Shown piece by piece: positions 7,522 to 15,582 of a DNA stretch of 64,000 nucleotides (the first letter of the stretch is position 1; each line of letters begins with the position of its first letter). The position numbers and the translations under genes are program-made. The notes below the pieces were generated by a model. The model had not been told where the DNA came from and did no database searches. It saw only the letters and a program-made list of their open reading frames with translations. Source of the DNA: Chitinophagaceae bacterium (GTDB lineage Bacteria; Bacteroidota; Bacteroidia; Chitinophagales; Chitinophagaceae); NCBI GenBank assembly GCA_051954695.1, contig JBQCHL010000025.1, positions 30,852 through 94,851 on the forward strand, given 5' to 3'.

Positions 7522-10500
7522 ATGCAACTGCTTAAGTATGGTCGCGGCCTTATTCTCCGCTGCGGCTTCCTGATCATTTTGTCTATCCCGTTTAATCTTC
7601 GGGGTTTTACTCAAACAGTCTCTCTCTCTTTTGAAAATGCTGCGTTAGAAAAAGTATTGAAAGAACTGGAAAAACAGGTGCCTCAACGATTTGTTTATAC
7701 ACGGGCAATGATGGACGAATCAAAACCGGTTTCTGTTCATTTAAACAAAGTAACATTAGATTCTGCGCTGCAGAAATGTTTCGACAATCAACCTTTAGTT
7801 TATTCGAAAGACCAGCGTTTTATTATTTTAAAAAGGATTTTATCTCCTTCTGAAAAACAAGCACCTGCCATTGTACTAACAGGCAGGATAACCGATGAGA
7901 ACACCCAACCCGCACAAGGCGTAACAGTAAGATCAAAACTAAGCGGACAATCCTCTTCTTCCAATAAAAACGGGGAATTCAGCTTACCGGTTGAACCATC
8001 AGGCGATGTACTGTATATAAGTGGGGCTGAAATACAATCACAGGAGATCCCATTGCAAGGCCAACGCTATATCGCGATAAGCGTAACCCACAAAATCGGA
8101 AGCCTTGATGAAACTGTTGTTATTGGCTATGGTAAAACCACCCGCCGGATGAACACCGGAAGCGTTGGTAAAATCAACCAGGCTACTATTGCGCAACAAC
8201 CGGTCGGCAATGCATTGAATGCATTGCAGGGCCGTGTAGCCGGGCTTGAAATAACACAAACCAACGGTCTTCCGGGTTCTTCGGTGAGAGTACAGGTACG
8301 TGGCAGGAATTCTATTGCACAGGGCTCTCAGCCTCTGTTTATTATTGATGGCGTTCCGCTTGCAGCAGGTAAGGAAGTGCTGAATCAACTGATCTCTGCT
8401 TATGGCAACCCAGACACTCCCCTGGAAGTCTCGGGCGGAGGGGGCATTAGCCCGCTTATAAGCCTGAATCCAGCAGATATTGAAAGTATCGAAGTGTTGA
8501 AAGACGCTGATGCTACTGCTATCTATGGAAGCCGCGGTGCCAATGGGGTAATTCTCATTACAACCCGCAAAGGGCAGAGCGGAAAACTACAAACCAATTT
8601 CTCTATGAAAAGCGGCTGGAGCCGTATTACGCGGAGTATGGATTTCCTGAATACTCCTCAATACCTTGCTATGCGGCATGAAGGGTTTGCACAGGATAAT
8701 GCCATTCCCACCGTTGCAACTGCCCCTGATCTGTTGTTGTGGGATACCACAAGGTATACTGATTTTAAAAAGCTGTTGATTGGTGGTACAGCCCTTTTCA
8801 ATGATGTGCAGACTTCACTATCGGGCGGTAATAACTTAACACAATTCCTGTTTGGAATGGCCTATCACAGGGAAACCACTGTATTCCCCGGAGATAAGTC
8901 CCTGCAACGGGCCTCTGCAAATCTGAACCTGCAGCATCGCTCTGCAGATAGCCGGTTCACCGCTAATATGTCTGTCAACTACGCGTTCACTAAAAACAAT
9001 AATGCGGTTCAGGATCTCACTTCAAGCATTAGCCTACCTCCTAATACGCCCCCGCTTCTCAATGCGGATGGCAAACTCAACTGGCAGGAGGGCGGTGCAG
9101 TATTTAACAACCCTCTTTCTTACACAGCATCGGAGTATAATGCGAACACTGATAATCTGATCAGTCATCTTCAGTTAGGGTATAAAATTTTACCGGGCTT
9201 TTCCCTTAGAGTGAATGCCGGCTATAACCTTACTGTTGCCAAAGAAGAACGTATAATACCGATTGTTGCTCAAAACCCTACTAATAATCCACGGGGCGTA
9301 TCAAGCTTTGCCAGCCGTATGCTTAGAAGCTGGATTATAGAGCCACAAATGGAATACAGCAATCAATTTGCCTGGGGAAGGATTACAGCGCTCGTTGGAG
9401 GCACTTTACAATTAAGCAGTAATGATCAGGCTTCACAACAAGCTTCTGGATTTACCAGTGATGCCTTGCTTCGGTCAATTAATCAGGCTACCATGCTTAG
9501 CGCAAATAATAGCTATACACAATATCGTTACTCAGCAATATTCGGTCGTATTCAATACAACTGGCAGGATGAATACCTCCTAAGCTTTACTGGCAGGCGA
9601 GATGGTTCTTCCCGCTTTGGGCCGGACAATCGGTTTGCACAATTCGGTTCAGTTGGTGCTGCATGGATTTTTTCCAACACATTTAAAAACAAACTTCCCA
9701 TGCTTAGTTTTGGGAAGCTTCGTGCCAGCTATGGTAGCACAGGTAATGACCAAATAACCGATTATCAATACTTACCAACCTGGAGCGGCGCTTTCAATCC
9801 TTATCAGGGTGTTGCAGGGTTAATACCTACACGCTTATTTAATCCTAACCATCGTTGGGAGGTAAACCGGAAACTGGAAGCAGCGATCGAGCTTGGCCTG
9901 TTTAAAGACCGGTTGTTTATCTCGGCTGCGTATTTCCGTAACCGGAGTAGCAATCAACTGGTAGAATATCCATTGCCCAGCCAGACAGGGTTTTTCAGCG
10001 TTACAGAAAACCTTCAGGCTTTGGTACAAAACACAGGAGTTGAAATTGAATTACGCTCTACCAATATAAGTGCCGGAGATTTTAGCTGGCAGACCTATGG
10101 TAATATCACTATTCCCCGTAATAAGCTGGTTTCCTTTCCGGGCTTTGCCTATTCAAGCTATGCACGCAACTATGCGGTCGGTGAGCCGTTGAACCTGATC
10201 AAACGCTACCGATATCTTGGCGTTGATCCTTCAACTGGTCTTTATGAATTTGAAGATGTAAATAAAGATGGAGTGTTTTCTTCAAAAGATGATTTCCAGG
10301 TATTGGGTAAGCTGGATCCTGATTTTTACGGTGGCCTGGGAAATGATTTTCAGTATAAAGGGTTTTCCTGTACGATATTCTTTGAATTCCGCCATCAAAT
10401 TGGGATTAATTACTTATCAGACCTGGCTTCCAAAATACCCGGCCGCAATTTAAATCAACCGGTGAGCGTATTGGAGCGGTGGCAGCAACCTGGTGATATT

Positions 10501-10803
10501 GCGCCTACACAAAGATTTACTGCGATCAATGCAGCGCCTGTGGCTATAGCAGCCTCCCGAATTGCTACTTCGAACGCTATGTATAGTGACGCCTCTTTCC
10601 TGCGCCTGAAAAACATTGCAGTTTCCTATACGCTGCCAGCGAGCTGGCAAAAAAAGATAGGCTGCAGTAATGCACGTATCTATACCCTTGCTCAAAATGT
10701 GTTGACCATCACCGGCTATCGCGGTGCTGATCCCGAAACACAGCGCATTTATAAACTTCCTCCATTGAAAACACTGGTGATCGGTGTGGACTTAACCTTT
10801 TAA
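7522..10803 (+). CDS. SusC/RagA family TonB-dependent outer-membrane transporter with N-terminal signalling (STN-like) domain
   Basis: LDETVVIGYG, ALQGRVAG, IRGRNS-like plug, DIESIEVLKDADATAIYGSRGANGVILITT, DGSSRFG, C-terminal F. Confidence 0.95.
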   Translation: MQLLKYGRGLILRCGFLIILSIPFNLRGFTQTVSLSFENAALEKVLKELEKQVPQRFVYTRAMMDESKPVSVHLNKVTLDSALQKCFDNQPLVYSKDQRFIILKRILSPSEKQAPAIVLTGRITDENTQPAQGVTVRSKLSGQSSSSNKNGEFSLPVEPSGDVLYISGAEIQSQEIPLQGQRYIAISVTHKIGSLDETVVIGYGKTTRRMNTGSVGKINQATIAQQPVGNALNALQGRVAGLEITQTNGLPGSSVRVQVRGRNSIAQGSQPLFIIDGVPLAAGKEVLNQLISAYGNPDTPLEVSGGGGISPLISLNPADIESIEVLKDADATAIYGSRGANGVILITTRKGQSGKLQTNFSMKSGWSRITRSMDFLNTPQYLAMRHEGFAQDNAIPTVATAPDLLLWDTTRYTDFKKLLIGGTALFNDVQTSLSGGNNLTQFLFGMAYHRETTVFPGDKSLQRASANLNLQHRSADSRFTANMSVNYAFTKNNNAVQDLTSSISLPPNTPPLLNADGKLNWQEGGAVFNNPLSYTASEYNANTDNLISHLQLGYKILPGFSLRVNAGYNLTVAKEERIIPIVAQNPTNNPRGVSSFASRMLRSWIIEPQMEYSNQFAWGRITALVGGTLQLSSNDQASQQASGFTSDALLRSINQATMLSANNSYTQYRYSAIFGRIQYNWQDEYLLSFTGRRDGSSRFGPDNRFAQFGSVGAAWIFSNTFKNKLPMLSFGKLRASYGSTGNDQITDYQYLPTWSGAFNPYQGVAGLIPTRLFNPNHRWEVNRKLEAAIELGLFKDRLFISAAYFRNRSSNQLVEYPLPSQTGFFSVTENLQALVQNTGVEIELRSTNISAGDFSWQTYGNITIPRNKLVSFPGFAYSSYARNYAVGEPLNLIKRYRYLGVDPSTGLYEFEDVNKDGVFSSKDDFQVLGKLDPDFYGGLGNDFQYKGFSCTIFFEFRHQIGINYLSDLASKIPGRNLNQPVSVLERWQQPGDIAPTQRFTAINAAPVAIAASRIATSNAMYSDASFLRLKNIAVSYTLPASWQKKIGCSNARIYTLAQNVLTITGYRGADPETQRIYKLPPLKTLVIGVDLTF

Positions 10804-10814
10804 AATTTACTATT

Positions 10815-12197
10815 ATGTTTATCTTTTTATACAGATCATATTCTGCATTGTTATTATGTTCTCTACTCCTGTTTTCTTCCTGTCAGAAGTTTACTGAAGT
10901 ACCTGCACCTCAAAATCAGATTTTGAGTGATGCTGTGTTCTCCAGTGATGCAACAGCCAATTCTGCAGTAGCCGGATTATACAGTCAGTTCATGCGTCCC
11001 CATATGTATTTTGCAAATTGCGGTCTATCAATTTATCCTGCATTAAGTGCTGATGAATTATACAATACAGCCCCGAGTGTAGATTTCGACGCAGTCAGGA
11101 TTAATGATATTTCATCCGGCCAGATCGATGTATTGTCATGGTTGTGGAATCCGGGATTCGAGGCTATTTATCAATGTAATGCTTTGTTGGAAGGGTTTAG
11201 TAAGCCCAATGGACTTACGCCTTCTGTTCAGCAGCAACTACGTGGTGAAGCCTTATTTGTAAGAGCATTTTCATATTTCTACCTGGTTAATCTTTTTGGC
11301 GACCTGCCCCTGCCATTGTCAACCGACTACCACATGAATGCAGTATTGCCCAGAACATCAGTTACCAAAGTATACAAACAGATAATAGATGATCTGCAGA
11401 CTGCGGTGGAAAGCCTACCGGTACAACAGATCAATTCAACCAGGACCCGGCCAAACAAGTGGGCTGCACAGACACTTTTGGCAAGGGTCTATTTATACCT
11501 CGGCCGTTGGGGGGATGCAGTTACTACAGCTTCTTCCATTATTAATAATAATGATTTTGTTTTAGGAACAAATCTTGAATCAGTATTCCTGGCAGGGAGT
11601 AAGGAAACTATTTGGCAGTTATCTCCTTCCGGAACCACAGCCTATACATCATTAGGGGTTCAGTTCATTCCCTCCAATGCGAGCATAAATCCTTCTTTCA
11701 GTACAACAGAAGACTTATGGCAATCATTTGAAACAGGTGATAAACGGGCTAATGCCTGGTTAAAAACAGTGGTAATAGGTGGAGAAACCTATCACTATCC
11801 TTTTAAATATAAACAAAGAGCAGGAACGGCCAGTACGGAATATCATATTGTATTCCGTCTCGCAGAGCCATATCTTATCCGTGCAGAAGCATTAGCCATG
11901 CTGCAACAACCTGAACCGGCATTGGATGATCTGAATAGGATACATACGCGCGCTGGATTAGCTCCCCTGGTTGCCCTTACTGATGAATCCTTATTACGCG
12001 CTATAGAAAAAGAGCGTTTTGTTGAATTATTTACCGAATGGGGACATCGTTGGTTTGATCTTAAACGAACAGGTCGTTCCGATGCTGTTCTTGGACCATT
12101 GAAAGGTACAAGCTGGCAGTCAACTGATGTATTATACCCTGTACCGCTGGACGAGTTGCAACGGAATGTATACCTACAGCAAAACCCTGGCTATTAA
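10815..12197 (+). CDS. SusD/RagB family nutrient-binding lipoprotein
   Basis: Lipobox FSSC; GEALFVRAFSYFYLVNLFGDLP; RLAEPYLIRAEA; ERFVELFTEWGHRWFDLKR; QNPGY end. Confidence 0.95.
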   Translation: MFIFLYRSYSALLLCSLLLFSSCQKFTEVPAPQNQILSDAVFSSDATANSAVAGLYSQFMRPHMYFANCGLSIYPALSADELYNTAPSVDFDAVRINDISSGQIDVLSWLWNPGFEAIYQCNALLEGFSKPNGLTPSVQQQLRGEALFVRAFSYFYLVNLFGDLPLPLSTDYHMNAVLPRTSVTKVYKQIIDDLQTAVESLPVQQINSTRTRPNKWAAQTLLARVYLYLGRWGDAVTTASSIINNNDFVLGTNLESVFLAGSKETIWQLSPSGTTAYTSLGVQFIPSNASINPSFSTTEDLWQSFETGDKRANAWLKTVVIGGETYHYPFKYKQRAGTASTEYHIVFRLAEPYLIRAEALAMLQQPEPALDDLNRIHTRAGLAPLVALTDESLLRAIEKERFVELFTEWGHRWFDLKRTGRSDAVLGPLKGTSWQSTDVLYPVPLDELQRNVYLQQNPGY

Positions 12198-12218
12198 ATC
12201 ATTTTTTAAACCACAGAT

Positions 12219-13511
12219 ATGTATTTAGTGTTTAAACGTGCAGTTCTTTTATTGATTGCTTCAATTGGGTTTATAACCGCAAAATCTCAAAGTATTTCTG
12301 TTGGCGAAACCTGGCCAAATATCCAGTTTAAAGAAGTATTAAACTACCATAAGCCGACTTTGGAGTTTTCAGATTTCCCTGGAAAAGTCTTCATAATTGA
12401 TTTATGGGCCCATGGCTGCAAGCCATGCGTAGAAGCTTTTCCTCACCTTGATAGTTTGCAGGCACAATTTAAAGACCAGTTACAGATTATTATGATCAAC
12501 CCTGAAGGAAAGGATTCAACAATCAGGTATTTTAAAAGAAAGAATAAAATACATGTGCCTAAAAATATCCCGATGGTTACTGGAGAAAAGGCATTATTTG
12601 ATCGATTGAAGACTTTGGGCTATCTCTGGCTGGATTCCTCATGGACGCTCCGGTATGCTGGAGGAAATGATCATACTACAGCAGTTAATATCCAAAAATT
12701 TTTGTCCAATATTCCTTTAACTTTTAAACAGAATCGCATAGTTGAGGACCTAAATATTGACGTGCCTCTAATTTCCGAAGGGGAGGGTCGTTGGCTGGAT
12801 AGTGTAAATTTTTATTCATACCTGTTTCATCATGATTTTCACATGCCCTACCTACGCAGTTTTATACCCGGAAAAAATGGCCCTCCCAACAGGCTTTGTC
12901 TGCCGAACATACGGGTATTAAGTTTATACCGTGCCGCCTTTAATAATGGTTCACTTGAAACTTACACTTCGATGCCTATAGATATTCATGTAAAAGATTC
13001 AAGCTTGTTTTTTCCGCCTACCGGCGAAAAGTTTGATGAAAACTGGGCAATAAATCATCAGTATACCTATGATGTCAAAGTACCGATGTCCAGGGCCAGT
13101 GATATTTATCCGATCATGCAACGCGATCTGGCCCTTCACTTCGGTCTCAAAGCTGAAGTCAAGCTACTTGAAAAAGACTGTTGGGTGTTGGAACCCTTAG
13201 ACCGCCGGTTGTTTGTTTCTACAAGCGGAAAAGCATCTCCCACAACCGGAAAGCCGCAAGTCGATTCTATTAATCGTTTCAGTCATTGGCCATCAGATCG
13301 GCTTTGGTTTACACTAAAACAATACTTCACGCTTTTCTCAGCCCTTCCATTAGTTAACCGGCTATCTTATTCGGGACCAGTGAATTTTGAGATTCATCAG
13401 AATGTTTTGATCTCTGGCAATATGGATTTGTTCAAAGAAGCACTAAAAAAGAATGGTATATCTATTAGGAAGACTAAAGCAAAGATTCCTGTTCTTGTAA
13501 TTACGGATTAA
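12219..13511 (+). CDS. Exported thioredoxin-fold (TlpA/redoxin, CKPC) protein with DUF3738-like C-terminal region
   Basis: Signal peptide; DLWAHGCKPC; colinear paralog of 1-1176. Confidence 0.85.
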   Translation: MYLVFKRAVLLLIASIGFITAKSQSISVGETWPNIQFKEVLNYHKPTLEFSDFPGKVFIIDLWAHGCKPCVEAFPHLDSLQAQFKDQLQIIMINPEGKDSTIRYFKRKNKIHVPKNIPMVTGEKALFDRLKTLGYLWLDSSWTLRYAGGNDHTTAVNIQKFLSNIPLTFKQNRIVEDLNIDVPLISEGEGRWLDSVNFYSYLFHHDFHMPYLRSFIPGKNGPPNRLCLPNIRVLSLYRAAFNNGSLETYTSMPIDIHVKDSSLFFPPTGEKFDENWAINHQYTYDVKVPMSRASDIYPIMQRDLALHFGLKAEVKLLEKDCWVLEPLDRRLFVSTSGKASPTTGKPQVDSINRFSHWPSDRLWFTLKQYFTLFSALPLVNRLSYSGPVNFEIHQNVLISGNMDLFKEALKKNGISIRKTKAKIPVLVITD

Positions 13512-13515
13512 TTAA

Positions 13516-13545
13516 GAACGGCCATCGATTTAACGATGGCCGTTC
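13516..13545. terminator. Bidirectional terminator-like hairpin between convergent genes
   Basis: GAACGGCCATCG / CGATGGCCGTTC 12-bp stem, 6-nt loop, followed by ATTTT. Confidence 0.7.
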
Positions 13546-13567
13546 ATTTTCAAAGCGATCTGACCAT

Positions 13568-13876
13568 TCAAGGTTTTCTGATCTGGTCATCATGGAAATT
13601 GTCATCAATCACCCCTTGTTCCGGATCGCCATTCACCAAATCCTCCAAAGAATATCCTCGACGGCAATCATCTCCCTCCATTTGATTACAGATGGCTGTA
13701 ACAAATAGGCTCCGCTCCCCATAATCCAAATAGGTACCTGCCCCTGATGATATATTATACTCAAACCAATACAACGGTGCAGACTTTACAGCTTTGTCAG
13801 ATGATTTAGCACTTGTAAACGCACTCAAAGACACCGCTGCAATCACAGCGAATAATCCCAATAAATACTTTCTCAT
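13568..13876 (-). CDS. Small secreted two-Cys peptide/protein 2 (DUF6520-like), signal peptide + CX7C
   Basis: MRKY..SLSAFT; LYWFEYN; YLDYG; C-NQMEGDD-CRRGY; paralog of 1214-1537. Confidence 0.8.
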   Translation of the reverse strand: MRKYLLGLFAVIAAVSLSAFTSAKSSDKAVKSAPLYWFEYNISSGAGTYLDYGERSLFVTAICNQMEGDDCRRGYSLEDLVNGDPEQGVIDDNFHDDQIRKP

Positions 13877-13905
13877 AACTTCTGATTTTAAAATGAAAAA
13901 ACATT

Positions 13906-13981
13906 TGCCTACTTTTTTATACAGGTATTCGGCTATTCCTGCCGGCCAGGTTTGCGCTTGCCTGACCAGGTTCTATTGCAA
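13906..13981 (-). ncRNA. Candidate structured cis-regulatory RNA, copy 2 (overlaps MauE 3' end)
   Basis: UUGCAAUA, 9-bp hairpin CUGGUCAGG/CCUGGCCGG, GCAGG-AAUAGCCGAAUA-CCUGU-AUAAAAAA-GUAGGCA ending 30 nt before peptide ATG. Confidence 0.55.
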
Positions 13982-14408
13982 CAGTTCTTTTATATTTTCT
14001 TTCCATATACCAACCAAAAAACGCCAGAAAGGTCATTATGATATTCAACACAAGATGCTGCTGCCAGCTAAGCACTTCTATTACACCGCCACAGCCACAA
14101 GGCAGTTTCTTCGCAAATAGTAACATACCACCGATATAACCTGTAAAACAAAAAAGCAGGATGCCGGAGAACAATAATGCCTTCTCACGAAACCAGAGAA
14201 TCAACAAACCAACAGCCAGTAACAACTCAATTGCTGGTATACCCCAGGCCAGTTGCCCGCTGAATGGCCGCAACCAGGGCGAAGACCTTAATGCTATATG
14301 GAACCGGTGCAATTGCATTGCTTTACTCAATGCTGTATAAACGAACAACGCAATAAGTACAGCAGCAATAATGGAAACAAGGAGGTGAATAGAGTATTTT
14401 CGCTTCAT
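13917..14408 (-). CDS. MauE/DoxX family redox-associated membrane protein
   Basis: Several TM helices; LFVYTALSK, ELLLAVGLL, LPCGCGG (CxC) and SWQQHL..N motifs; alternative start 14423. Confidence 0.88.
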   Translation of the reverse strand: MKRKYSIHLLVSIIAAVLIALFVYTALSKAMQLHRFHIALRSSPWLRPFSGQLAWGIPAIELLLAVGLLILWFREKALLFSGILLFCFTGYIGGMLLFAKKLPCGCGGVIEVLSWQQHLVLNIIMTFLAFFGWYMERKYKRTVAIEPGQASANLAGRNSRIPV

Positions 14409-14454
14409 AGAATAAAGGTTCACCTGCGATCCAAGAAAAAGGTTCGCCTATAAA

Positions 14455-14514
14455 AAAAATAAGTTCGCGAACAGGCCACTTTCTTTTAAGTGTACCATCC
14501 GCGAACTTATTTTT
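14455..14514 (-). terminator. Rho-independent terminator downstream of SDR gene
   Basis: Perfect 15-bp IR AAAAATAAGTTCGCG / CGCGAACTTATTTTT with 30-nt spacer; 8-T run on minus strand. Confidence 0.65.
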
Positions 14515-14569
14515 CTTTCCTACGAATGAATTTTACGCTGAAGTTTTGTATACCCAGCCAAAGAAAAGA

Positions 14570-15403
14570 TCATACCGCAAGCCCTGCCGCCGAAACCAAA
14601 TCCCTCACCCCCTCCATTCTTCTTTCTACCGGCCTCGTTCTCACTGCAGCCAAATCACTCACATTCTGCCCAAGGAATAAAAACAATGGTGGATCTTCCT
14701 GTTCTCCTACCAACAACAACGCCATCGCTGCTTTCTCCAGTTCCACCACACTGCCACCTCCCTGCAGCGGCAGGTTCTGTATTTCCTTAATGGGCCTGTA
14801 ATCCGCAATCTTTCTTTTTGGAACAACCAGCAAACCCGGAGCTGTAAAACCTGAACGGAAGTAGGCTGGTACCACCACCGTTACATCTATTCCGAAAGGG
14901 CGTACTTCTGCCGCCAGCGATTCCGAAAAACCCAACACAGCCAATTCCGTAGCACGGTAAATGCCAAACCCTTCCTTTGCCCCGGTAAATCCTCCAATAG
15001 ATGATACATTGAAAATATGGCCACTTCCCTGCTCACGCAGAAAAGGCAATGCTCCACGGATCACATTCAATGTTCCAAACACATTCACATCAAAATTCCG
15101 GCGGGTCTCCGCATCCGACAACTCTTCTATACTTCCGGCAAGGCCGTATTTGGCACTATTAACAATCACATCAATTCCCCCAAAATGACGGACCGTATCA
15201 TATAACGCTCGCGCCACACTGTCTTCATCCAGCAAGTCAACCATCAACGGAAGAAAATCCGGTGACACCCCTCCTACTGATCTCTTCAACTCATCCAGGT
15301 CCCTCGAAGTGCCGGCAACTTTATACCCTTCCTGTATCAACCGCCTCATCAGCGTCAACCCTAACCCTTTTGAGGCCTCCGTAATAAACCAGATCTTTTT
15401 CAT
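14570..15403 (-). CDS. SDR family oxidoreductase with degenerate catalytic motifs (possibly inactive)
   Basis: SDR fold recognisable but TGxxxGxG->TEASKGLG, NNAG->NSAK, YxxxK->YRATE; start 15403 favoured because the -7 box lies at 15426-15433. Confidence 0.8.
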   Translation of the reverse strand: MKKIWFITEASKGLGLTLMRRLIQEGYKVAGTSRDLDELKRSVGGVSPDFLPLMVDLLDEDSVARALYDTVRHFGGIDVIVNSAKYGLAGSIEELSDAETRRNFDVNVFGTLNVIRGALPFLREQGSGHIFNVSSIGGFTGAKEGFGIYRATELAVLGFSESLAAEVRPFGIDVTVVVPAYFRSGFTAPGLLVVPKRKIADYRPIKEIQNLPLQGGGSVVELEKAAMALLLVGEQEDPPLFLFLGQNVSDLAAVRTRPVERRMEGVRDLVSAAGLAV

Positions 15404-15425
15404 ATCCCTTATTTTTTTCGTCAAA

Positions 15426-15492
15426 CAAAGCTACTCTTCGCAAAAGCCATTTTCCTTATATACATCAAACGAATGCTTACATAATTCAAACA
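15426..15492 (-). promoter_or_regulatory. SDR promoter: -7 box TAGCTTTG plus 21-bp-spaced direct repeats (putative AraC sites)
   Basis: Ungapped 67-nt alignment with 18374-18440; repeats CTTATATACATCAAA / CTTACATAATTCAAA. Confidence 0.65.
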
Positions 15493-15582
15493 GAAAATCC
15501 CTAATAAGGAAATAAAAACCTCCCAGGAGCATTCAGAGGAATTGCTGTATTTTTAGTTTGTTGACCTAAACTAATCACTCTT

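Noticed and set aside
7393-7614. 73-aa minus-strand ORF across the fecR-susC junction
   Set aside because: Antisense to the susC start, with no motif or expression signals.
7522-13511. SusC/SusD as a polysaccharide utilisation locus
   Set aside because: No CAZyme, sulfatase or sugar transporter nearby; neighbours are redox and peptide genes.
1-14520. Accessory region as an ICE, prophage or genomic island
   Set aside because: No integrase, transposase, tRNA, att repeat or conjugation/phage gene in the window.
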